Positions 1 to 10,074 of a stretch of 64,000 nucleotides of DNA are shown here, in pieces (the first letter of the stretch is position 1; the number at the start of each line of letters is the position of its first letter). The notes under the pieces are model-generated. The model saw only the letters and a program-made list of their open reading frames with translations, was not told the DNA's origin and did no database searches. Origin of the DNA: Mayamaea pseudoterrestris (lineage: Eukaryota). Position numbers and translations under genes: made by a program. The stretch spans positions 744,001 to 808,000 of the forward strand of contig BROI01000003.1 in NCBI GenBank assembly GCA_027923505.1, in the 5' to 3' direction.

Positions 1-862
1 TTGCGGAAGCTAAGAAGCAAGGAACCGGACTATAATGCTCTTCGGCCGTACCTCGGATGGGTCCCGACTGAGCGCGTTCAACAGACTTTACGTCACACGG
101 AAGCATGGTATCATCTCAGCGCACACCCGCGATTACCATTTCGACACCTCACGAAATCACGATTTCCGGCCGCGAACGTTCAGCGGTTGCGCGAACTATT
201 CGCCACGGACACGATACACTCTGACACGCCAGCTTTGGATGATGGAATTCTAGGGCATGGGGGAGCTACTAAGATGCAGCTCTTTGTTGGACGAGAAAGT
301 TTTTACACGCGCGGCTACCCGATGAAGTCGGAGAGCGAAATGTCAAACGCGTTAGAGGATTTTATCCGCGAAGTGGGCGCTCCTAACGGACTGCTCAGCG
401 ACAATGCCAAGTCGGAGACTGGCAAGGCTGTGAGGATCTCTGTCGGATGTACAATATTCCTCAAGTGACCACAGAACCGGGTCATCAGAACAAAATCCAT
501 GCGAACGTCACACGTCGCACATTAAGCCACTGATGGAGAACCTCCAACGAGATTCGGGTTCGCCAGGCCATTGCTGGGTTTTGCTGATTAAATTCGTAAT
601 CATGATACTGAACGTCCTCGCGACGAAATCGCTGGGATGGCGCACGCCAACGGAAGTTGCGTTCGGAAATCTGCCGGATATTTCGCCTTTGTTACATTTC
701 AAGTGGTGGGAACCGGTCACGTTTGAGGCGCAGGGGAGTTTTCCCTCGGCGGTACGATCTGGCAACGGCCGATTCGTGGGCATCGCAGAGAATAGCGGTC
801 CGCACATGACTTTTCTCGTTCTGACGGACGACACGCTTCAGGCGATTCCGCGCTCCAACGTG
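1..862 (+). pseudogene. Copia integrase core, frameshifted
   Basis: ORF 1-468 carries the first two DDE aspartates. The continuation DLCRMYNIPQVTTEPGHQN / QNPCERH needs frameshifts near 434 and 491. ORF 533-928 carries the IN C-terminal part (GRFVGIAENSG...RSNV). Confidence 0.85.
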
Positions 863-1016
863 GTCTCGCGCAGCTACTTGTTACCACGAGAGTTGCCTTC
901 CTTCCCTGAGTCTGGAGGAGATTTCTGAAGAAGCTACACGCGCAAGCGAGCGAAATTTTGAAACTCCAGATCTCGCGACAGGACGCTACCATAGCACGCA
1001 TGTGACAGAAAGTAGT
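862..1016 (-). mobile_element. Inverted LTR-3'-end + PBS + leader fragment inserted in Copia pol
   Basis: The minus strand of 965-1016 reads actactttctgtcacatgcgtgcta-TGGTAGCGTCC-tgtcgcgagatctgga, closely matching the TRIM LTR end/PBS/leader at 5215-5267. The left boundary is approximate. Confidence 0.75.
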
Positions 1017-3340
1017 CACGACAACTACGAAGGAAACGACGACGAAACAATTCCGATGGCGAACCACGCCAACGTACCAGCGAAGTTCTTCAGAAGGGCT
1101 GAGCAAGAATCAGGGAATAAATGCCCTCTGTTCTCTCCAAGCGAACTCATCGGACGCACGTTCGTAAGGGAACACGAAAACGGTCAGAAAATGCGAGCGA
1201 CTGTATGCGAATATATCGAAGTACGCGATAACGAGCTACTCGAAACGACGAAAGGTTTCCTAATCCAAATGGGAGAGGAGCCAGCGAAAGACTTAATAAG
1301 TTACAACGAACTGTCGGATTTAATCGAACGACAGATGGACGAAGATATACGAAACGATCCGGCGACTCAGTGGGTATTCACGAAGGTAATCGGACACGAG
1401 CTTAATTTGAAACCGAACGATCCGACATACAAAGGAAGTTCAAGTAACGTTCTCGTCGAATGGACTGACGGAACGACGACGTGGGAGCCTCTCGCGATCA
1501 TGAAGAAGGACGATCCGATAACGATCGCAGAGTATGGACTCAAGCACGGCTTACTCGACAAGCCAGGATGGAAGCAGCTGGAGCATTACACTCGGAAGCG
1601 AAAGAAGTTTCGACAGATGGTAACAGCGGCGAAACGAAAATCGAAAGCAAACGGCGTACGCTACAAATTCGGCGTAAGGTTGCCGCGCAATTATAAAGAT
1701 GCGAAAGCTCTCGACGAGATCAACGGCAACACGCTGTGGACGGATGCGATTCGAACGGAATTAAATCAGATAAATGATTACGACACGTTCGCAGATCAAG
1801 GAGTCGGTAAGGTTATGCCGGCGCCGTGGAAACGAATAAACGTGCACATGATATTCGATGTCAAGCACGATTTGCGACGGAAAGCACGACTCGTCGCAGG
1901 AGGACATATGACAGAGCCGCCGAAGGATTCAGTTTACTCGGGCGTTGTGTCATTGCGAAGTCTACGAATGGTAGCGATGTTAGCGGAACTCAACGGTCTG
2001 GAACTGTGGGCAGCTGACGTCGGCAACGCATACTTGGAAGCGAAAACGAAAGAGAAGGTTTATATCGTGGCAGGTCCGGAGTTCGGGGAGCTCGAGGGTC
2101 ACACGCTCACGATCGTGAAGGCATTATACGGTCTTCGCACGTCAGGCGCACGCTGGCACGAGCACTTTGCAGACACGCTCCGCGACATTGGCTTCACGCC
2201 GTGTATCGCAGAACCGGACGTGTGGATGCGCGATAAAGGCACGCACTACGAATACGTTTGTGTGTATGTCGACGATTTAGCGATAGCGATGAAGAATCCG
2301 AAGGAACTAACGGATCTTTTAATTGAGAACTACAACTACAAGTTGAAGGGCGTCGGTCCATTGGCATATCATTTGGGCGCAGACGTTTGGCGAGACGACG
2401 ACGGCGTACTCTGCTTCGGAGCGAAGAAGTACGTCACAAGACTACTAGCGAACTACAAAGAAATGTTCGGCGAGGAACCGCGACCGCAGACAAGTCCACT
2501 ACGCGACGGCGATCATCCGGAACTCGACGAAACGAAAGAACTTGACGACGACGGAATTGCGAAGTATCAATCGATAATTGGTGCGTTGCAATGGGCAGTA
2601 AGTTTATGTCGATTCGACATTCACTGTGCTGTCATGACTATGGGGAGATTCCGAGCTGCGCCACGAGCGGGGCACTTGGAACGGTTGAAGCATATTTGCG
2701 GATACTTACGAAGATACCCGGATGGAGCGATTCGATTCAACGTTTCGATTCCAACGGACGAGCGATACGCGACAGTTGACAAGATGGATTGGGATTACAG
2801 TGTGTACGGCAAGATCTGCGAAGAGCTTCCGTGGAACATGCCCACGCCGCGCGGCAAGGCGGTGCGAATGTCAACGTTCGAAGATGCGAACCTGTACCAC
2901 GATTACACGACGGGACGGGCAGCGATGGGCATGCTACACATGTTGAATGGAACAGTCGTTGATTGGTTTTCGAAACGCCAAGCGACGGTCGAGACGGCGA
3001 CGTACGGCTCGGAGTTTGTAGCAGCGAGAGTGAGCACGGAGCAGATCATGGATCTTCGCTTCACGCTACGCATGTTGGGAGTTCCGCTCGACGGACCTTC
3101 ATGGATGTTTGGAGACAACAAGTCGGTAACGCAAAGCAGCAACCTACCGCACTCTAGTCTGACGAAGCGACACAATGCACTGGCATTTCACCGTGTACGC
3201 GAAGCGATTGCGGCGGGAATTATTAATTTCAACCACATCATGGGAACGACAAACCCGGCGGATGTACTTACCAAGTTTCTTCCACGGGCTACGGCAAGCA
3301 AGCGCCAAAGAACCTGCTCTTCAAGGAATCTAACTATTAG
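1017..3340 (+). pseudogene. Copia pol: chromo-like domain, reverse transcriptase, RNase H
   Basis: The frame of ORF 1002-3656 is open across RT and RNase H. The probable native C-terminus PKNLLFKESNY* (TAG 3338-3340, just before the PPT) lies in another frame, implying a frameshift near 3300. Confidence 0.85.
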
Positions 3341-3357
3341 GTATGACTTGAGGGGAG

Positions 3358-3670
3358 TTGCAGGATGCGAACGAAAACAGCGAAAATCGGGCAAGTCACA
3401 CCGAATGTCCGATAGGGTGACACAGCGGCACTCGCGGCTCACCACAGCCTCACGATCGCGTGATGCGTGGCAGCGACGGCTTCGAAGCGATTCAACAAGT
3501 ATATTGCTGAAACTAGTGCGATATAGAGTAGAAACAAGCAGACTTACTAAGCTTGAAGAGTTAAGAAAGCGATTTATTCGTCTCTCGTATTGTAGCAACT
3601 GCAAGCTTGGATTGGCCATCCAAGGACAGCTACAAGCGAAAGGTGCAACGATTTGATTTACAAGTTACAA
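3358..3670 (+). repeat. 3' LTR of the Copia element, probably 3'-truncated at the satellite junction
   Basis: Starts immediately after the PPT with ttgcaggatgcgaacgaaaacagc, similar to the TRIM LTR start tagcaggttgcacacgaaaaacagc. Ends where satellite sequence begins (3671). Confidence 0.7.
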
Positions 3671-4694
3671 TACGTCACGTGTTTCAACCAAATATATAAG
3701 CCTGGAATATGTGTTTGGGATAGCTAGCATGTTTATTATTAGGGGTCTTTGCATGCACCACAACCATGGCATCATGCATGTCCGGATATATCCTACCACA
3801 ACTAGCTACATGGTGCTACAATGTGTGGCCTTCAAAGACTACCCCCAATAGTCTTGTTCCATTTATTCTGTCCTGGCTATGCTTGGGGACACATGTGCAG
3901 TGAGATTGGTGCTTAACCATCATTCACAGCTCACATGTAGCATCAGTTGTTAGGGAGGATAAAGATCCACACAGTAACCAACTACAAACATGGTGCTACA
4001 GTGTGTGGCCTGCAAAACTACCCCCATTAGTCTTGTTCCATGAATTCTGTTCTGTCTATGCTTGAGGACATATATGAAATGAGATTGATGCATAACAATC
4101 ATTCCCAGCTCATATGTAGCATCCATTGTTTGGGAGGGCAGATGGCCACACAATAGCTAGCACCATGGTGCTACAGTGTGTGGCCTTCAAAGACTACATC
4201 CAATAGTCTTGTTCCATGAATTCTGTTCTGGCTATGCTTGGGGATACATATGCAATGAGATTGCTGCATAACAATCATTCCCAGCTCATGCGCAGCATCT
4301 GTCGTTTGGGAGGGCAGACGTCCACACATTAACCAGCTCCATGGTGCGATAACTTGCCCATGTCTACACCCAAATCACACCAGAATGGTGCCAACAACAT
4401 TATTTAGGTTGCGCTACAAGGTGGTATGCCTGGCTGGTGTCTCAGTAGACGGCTATGTGATTGGTGACAACTTTTCACCAGTCTCAGCCCAGAGATGCCT
4501 TGACATTCAATTGCCCCTATAGCATGCCATGTCTACACCCAAATCACTCCAGAATGGTGCCAACATCATTTTTCAGGCTGCGCTAGAAAATGGTATGCCT
4601 GGTTAATGTCTCAGTAGACTGCAATGTGATTGGTGATAACTTGTCACCTAACACGTACGTCACGTGTTTCAACCAAATATATAAGCCTGGAATA
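3671..4694 (+). repeat. Satellite-like block, one 985-bp higher-order unit with ~177-bp A monomers and ~169-bp B monomers
   Basis: catggtgc recurs at 3809, 3989, 4164, 4340; catgtctacacccaaatcac at 4359 and 4528 (related copy near 4906); tacgtcacgtgtttcaacc at 3671 and 4656. Confidence 0.9.
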
Positions 4695-4848
4695 CCCGGG
4701 AATCGCACCCGAGGCATCTCGAAACGTAACTATACTACCCCAGTGACACAAAGGTCCTCGCTCTATATAAAGGCTGAAACATGACTGGGGTGGAGTGTAC
4801 ACTACTTCGCGAGCCTGTCCTTGTCTTTGGACATCCACGAAGTTGTCA
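4649..4848 (+). mobile_element. Solo LTR (200 bp) with 5-bp TSD
   Basis: Flanked by TCACC at 4644-4648 and 4849-4853. Termini TAACA...TGTCA. TATA box TATATAAA at 4764-4771. Interrupts a B satellite monomer. Confidence 0.7.
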
Positions 4849-5033
4849 TCACCAGTCTCAGCCTGGCGATCCCTTGACATTCAATTGCCCATATAACATG
4901 CCTTTTCTACACCCAAATCACTCCAGAATGTAGCCAACACCATTATTCAGGCTGTGCTAGAGAATGGTATGCCTGGTTAATGTCTCGGTAGACCGCAATG
5001 TGACTGGTGACAAGTTGTCACCAGTCTCAGCCT

Positions 5034-5709
5034 TAGCAGGTTGCACACGAAAAACAGCAACCAGAGCGATACCTTTACTTGTCATAGTGCATGGTGCCTT
5101 GTATGCAGCATATAGTACACTAGCAGACGGAAAAGTAGCAGCGTGTTTAGAGGTGATATAGCCGGTTATCCTTGGTTCGATTCCGAGGTGCGCTACTTTT
5201 AACGGCATAGTGATACTACTTTCTGTTGCATACCTGCTATGGTAGCGTCCCTATCGAGAGATCTGGACTGAGGCTGCTGGTTCGAGTTGCGATCGAATCA
5301 AGCGAAGAAAAAGCAAAAATTCACTGGTTGCACGGGTTTGTCACGAACGAACGATGGGGAGTCGCGGACCCTGGGGAGTGCACAAAGATGCGCCGAGCCC
5401 GAAACGCCGCAGGAAAAACTGAAAAGTGACATTCCCCCGCGAGACGAAAATGCCAGCTGAAACGGAAGACGAGTTAGCACTATGACGCGCAAAGCTAGGG
5501 GAGTAGCAGGTTGCACACGAAAAACAGCAACCAGAGCGATACCTTTACTTGTCATAGTGCATGGTGCCTTGTATGCAGCATATAGTACACTAGCAGACGG
5601 AAAAGTAGCAGCGTGTTTAGAGGTGATATAGCCGGTTATCCTTGGTTCGATTCCGAGGTGCGCTACTTTTAACGGCATAGTGATACTACTTTCTGTTGCA
5701 TACCTGCTA
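5034..5709 (+). mobile_element. TRIM-like non-autonomous LTR retrotransposon (676 bp)
   Basis: Identical 206-bp LTRs at 5034-5239 and 5504-5709 with terminal inverted TAGCAGG/CCTGCTA. PBS TGGTAGCG at 5240, PPT aggggag at 5497-5503, 264-bp non-coding interior. Confidence 0.9.
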
Positions 5710-5982
5710 TATCATCATCATCCTCGGCGTCATCTTCGTGCCACATGACTGGCTCAGCAGCCTCCGCAACACGGTGGCGGTCCATGAACACGATGCCCGG
5801 ATTGGCCTTCTGTTGACGAGCGAGACGATGCACGCGCTCAATGACATCATCAGGCATGGGCAAAGGCGTAGCGTGCCCACGATTCAGAACTTTGCCCGAA
5901 GACAAACTGAGGAAATAAAACCCACCCTGCACATTACCAGTCGGGCGCAGAGCCAGCGCACCGATCGTGCGCGCCTGCATGT
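5710..5982 (-). pseudogene. Fragment of a second Copia polyprotein (post-integrase region) forming the palindrome spacer
   Basis: Translates MQARTIGALALRPTGNVQGGFYFLSLSSGKVLNRGHATPLPMPDDVIERVH, which I recognise as typical of diatom Copia pol downstream of the IN core. It does not match the element at 1-3670. Confidence 0.7.
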
Positions 5983-5993
5983 CATACCTGCTA

Positions 5994-6669
5994 TAGCAGG
6001 TATGCAACAGAAAGTAGTATCACTATGCCGTTAAAAGTAGCGCACCTCGGAATCGAACCAAGGATAACCGGCTATATCACCTCTAAACACGCTGCTACTT
6101 TTCCGTCTGCTAGTGTACTATATGCTGCATACAAGGCACCATGCACTATGACAAGTAAAGGTATCGCTCTGGTTGCTGTTTTTCGTGTGCAACCTGCTAC
6201 TCCCCTAGCTTTGCGCGTCATAGTGCTAACTCGTCTTCCGTTTCAGCTGGCATTTTCGTCTCGCGGGGGAATGTCACTTTTCAGTTTTTCCTGCGGCGTT
6301 TCGGGCTCGGCGCATCTTTGTGCACTCCCCAGGGTCCGCGACTCCCCATCGTTCGTTCGTGACAAACCCGTGCAACCAGTGAATTTTTGCTTTTTCTTCG
6401 CTTGATTCGATCGCAACTCGAACCAGCAGCCTCAGTCCAGATCTCTCGATAGGGACGCTACCATAGCAGGTATGCAACAGAAAGTAGTATCACTATGCCG
6501 TTAAAAGTAGCGCACCTCGGAATCGAACCAAGGATAACCGGCTATATCACCTCTAAACACGCTGCTACTTTTCCGTCTGCTAGTGTACTATATGCTGCAT
6601 ACAAGGCACCATGCACTATGACAAGTAAAGGTATCGCTCTGGTTGCTGTTTTTCGTGTGCAACCTGCTA
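5994..6669 (-). mobile_element. Mirror copy of the TRIM-like element
   Basis: Reverse complement of 5034-5709; LTRs at 5994-6199 and 6464-6669. Confidence 0.9.
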
Positions 6670-6854
6670 AGGCTGAGACTGGTGACAACTTGTCACCAGT
6701 CACATTGCGGTCTACCGAGACATTAACCAGGCATACCATTCTCTAGCACAGCCTGAATAATGGTGTTGGCTACATTCTGGAGTGATTTGGGTGTAGAAAA
6801 GGCATGTTATATGGGCAATTGAATGTCAAGGGATCGCCAGGCTGAGACTGGTGA

Positions 6855-7056
6855 TGACAACTTTGTGGATGTCCAAAGACAAGGACAGGCTCAGGCGAAG
6901 TAGTGTACACTCCACCCCAGTCATGTTTCAGCCTTTATATAGAGCGAGGACCTTTGTGTCACTGGGGTAGTATAGTTACGTTTCGAGATGCCTCGGGTGC
7001 GATTCCCGGGTATTCCAGGCTTATATATTTGGTTGAAACACGTGACGTACGTGTTA
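6855..7056 (-). mobile_element. Mirror copy of the solo LTR (202 bp)
   Basis: Flanked by GGTGA on both sides; reverse complement of 4649-4848 plus 2 bp. Confidence 0.7.
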
Positions 7057-8980
7057 GGTGACAAGTTATCACCAATCACATTGCAGTCTACTGAGACATT
7101 AACCAGGCATACCATTTTCTAGCGCAGCCTGAAAAATGATGTTGGCACCATTCTGGAGTGATTTGGGTGTAGACATGGCATGCTATAGGGGCAATTGAAT
7201 GTCAAGGCATCTCTGGGCTGAGACTGGTGAAAAGTTGTCACCAATCACATAGCCGTCTACTGAGACACCAGCCAGGCATACCACCTTGTAGCGCAACCTA
7301 AATAATGTTGTTGGCACCATTCTGGTGTGATTTGGGTGTAGACATGGGCAAGTTATCGCACCATGGAGCTGGTTAATGTGTGGACGTCTGCCCTCCCAAA
7401 CGACAGATGCTGCGCATGAGCTGGGAATGATTGTTATGCAGCAATCTCATTGCATATGTATCCCCAAGCATAGCCAGAACAGAATTCATGGAACAAGACT
7501 ATTGGATGTAGTCTTTGAAGGCCACACACTGTAGCACCATGGTGCTAGCTATTGTGTGGCCATCTGCCCTCCCAAACAATGGATGCTACATATGAGCTGG
7601 GAATGATTGTTATGCATCAATCTCATTTCATATATGTCCTCAAGCATAGACAGAACAGAATTCATGGAACAAGACTAATGGGGGTAGTTTTGCAGGCCAC
7701 ACACTGTAGCACCATGTTTGTAGTTGGTTACTGTGTGGATCTTTATCCTCCCTAACAACTGATGCTACATGTGAGCTGTGAATGATGGTTAAGCACCAAT
7801 CTCACTGCACATGTGTCCCCAAGCATAGCCAGGACAGAATAAATGGAACAAGACTATTGGGGGTAGTCTTTGAAGGCCACACATTGTAGCACCATGTAGC
7901 TAGTTGTGGTAGGATATATCCGGACATGCATGATGCCATGGTTGTGGTGCATGCAAAGACCCCTAATAATAAACATGCTAGCTATCCCAAACACATATTC
8001 CAGGCTTATATATTTGGTTGAAACACGTGACGTACGTGTTAGGTGACAAGTTATCACCAATCACATTGCAGTCTACTGAGACATTAACCAGGCATACCAT
8101 TTTCTAGCGCAGCCTGAAAAATGATGTTGGCACCATTCTGGAGTGATTTGGGTGTAGACATGGCATGCTATAGGGGCAATTGAATGTCAAGGCATCTCTG
8201 GGCTGAGACTGGTGAAAAGTTGTCACCAATCACATAGCCGTCTACTGAGACACCAGCCAGGCATACCACCTTGTAGCGCAACCTAAATAATGTTGTTGGC
8301 ACCATTCTGGTGTGATTTGGGTGTAGACATGGGCAAGTTATAGCACCATGGAGCTGGTTAATGTGTGGACGTCTGCCCTCCCAAACGACAGATGCTGCGC
8401 ATGAGCTGGGAATGATTGTTATGCAGCAATCTCATTGCATATGTATCCCCAAGCATAGCCAGAACAGAATTCATGGAACAAGACTATTGGATGTAGTCTT
8501 TGAAGGCCACACACTGTAGCACCATGGTGCTAGCTATTGTGTGGCCATCTGCCCTCCCAAACAATGGATGCTACATATGAGCTGGGAATGATTGTTATGC
8601 ATCAATCTCATTTCATATATGTCCTCAAGCATAGACAGAACAGAATTCATGGAATAAGACTAATGGGGGTAGTTTTGCAGGCCACACACTGTAGCACCAT
8701 GTTTGTAGTTGGTTACTGTGTGGATCTTTATCCTCCCTAACAACTGATGCTACATGTGAGCTGTGAATGATGGTTAAGCACCAATCTCACTGCACATGTG
8801 TCCCCAAGCATAGCCAGGACAGAATAAATGGAACAAGACTATTGGGGGTAGTCTTTGAAGGCCACACATTGTAGCACCATGTAGCTAGTTGTGGTAGGAT
8901 ATATCCGGACATGCATGATGCCATGGTTGTGGTGCATGCAAAGACCCCTAATAATAAACATGCTAGCTATCCCAAACACA
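7011..8980 (-). repeat. Two tandem copies of the 985-bp satellite unit (7011-7995, 7996-8980)
   Basis: tattccaggcttatata at 7011 and 7996; ORFs 7552 and 8537 are 985 bp apart with one aa difference; at least two SNPs between copies. Confidence 0.95.
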
Positions 8981-9219
8981 TTGCTTTACTATGCTCTCGG
9001 AAAGCCATCAATTACTTCTCAATTACTGCAATCTCTGGCCTCAACTTCTGTTTCATATAGACTAAAATTGTTGGCACCAACCCCTTAAATGGTTGCTTTG
9101 AAGGCCGGTGATGTTGTGACTGTGTCTACTGCTTGACAGTTTTTGTGCATGCGGAGCGCCAAAAGGTCTGCAGGCTTTGTGAAACCATTGATCATACCAC
9201 CACCCTGCCCTTCGGATGT

Positions 9220-9310
9220 GTTTGCTTACTCCGAATCTCCCTCTGAATTCTTAAAGTTCTTTGTAAAACTTGCTCCAAGGAACATGGCAATTGTCTTGAG
9301 TTGTCCACTG
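9220..9310 (-). pseudogene. Degraded fragment of an HA-domain gene paralog
   Basis: Minus strand reads QWTTQDNCHVPWSKFYKEL*EFRGRFG|gtaagc, versus QWTTRDPRHVPWSKRYEELQEFKQRFG|gtaagc in the gene at 12632. The splice donor is at the same position. Confidence 0.8.
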
Positions 9311-10074
9311 AGATCATCTACAAGTGTGCACCATTTTGTATCATGATAACTCCAGCTGCATCTTCACACAAGCTGACGTCATGTTTTTCTTTTGCATGCG
9401 ACCTTTTTCTTTTCACGAAATACCTTCTACCGGTACGACGTCTTTGCAAGCCGTGAATAGCGAGCGTCCCGACGGTTATAATTTTCCCGATGATGACGCC
9501 AGTACTCGTACAGTATTTATATACTTACGTCAGTCTTCCCACCTGGCTAACTATGATTGGTTGACGATCTCATTATGTCCGGAAGAACTTGGTCGATATG
9601 CGAGACTATTCCCACTATGCAGGTTATAGGGGGTTTTAGTATAAGCCAAAATGTACAATTTTCCGTGCGACGGTCTTCCACTGGCCGTTGAATGTTGAAG
9701 TGTATGATCGCTGACACCCATTCGGAGATGGAATTCGTCACTTCGTGATTTGCCGCGCGCGTGCCTCCAGTGCGGATTTTTCAAGCGCCGCATGGTGATT
9801 TTTACAATCGTGCCACCTCTCATTCCATAACAGGCGTTCACAAGCTTACAGGTATTCATCTTGAATCGACGGTACGTCGCCTTTCATGAGGATGAGCATG
9901 AAGTATTTAATACAATGATGAAATACGGCAGTCAACCGTAACATTGCATTGAACGTTTACTATAACAAAAGCTGCGACTTGATTGTCTCTCTCACATTCG
10001 CGGATGTTCTATCTCGTTTTGAAGCATTCAACACAGTCAACTGACTTATCAAACTACTACGCCAAGCCAATAAA

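Larger units (their letters stand above)
1..3670 (+). mobile_element. Ty1/Copia (CoDi-like) LTR retrotransposon, 3' part, decayed; runs off window start
   Basis: Domain order is IN then RT then RNase H (Copia order). IN motifs ATDT, LLSDNAKSE, QNPCER; RT motifs KARLVAGGH, ADVGNAY, KALYGL, YVDD; RNase H motifs ETATYGSE, GDNKSV, NPADVLTK. PPT gaggggag at 3350-3357 is followed by an LTR. Confidence 0.95.
3671..8034. repeat. Large inverted repeat: arms 3671-5709 and 5994-8034, 284-bp spacer
   Basis: Arms are reverse complements, as shown by mirrored ORFs (3950-/7552+, 4590+/6921-, 4957-/6495+). Visible differences are a 2-bp indel near 4810 and a SNP near 4839. Confidence 0.97.

Noticed and set aside
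3341..3656. C-terminal ~105 aa of the 884-aa ORF as an extra pol domain
   Set aside because: It is read-through into the PPT/LTR after a frameshift near 3300.
3671..8980. CRISPR-like array
   Set aside because: There are no short constant repeats with unique spacers and no cas genes; the context is eukaryotic.
3950..9088. Repeated small ORFs (MPLKVAHLG..., MCGHLPSQ..., MVCLVNVS...) as a gene family
   Set aside because: They are translations of LTR and satellite copies; the monomer periods do not preserve frame.
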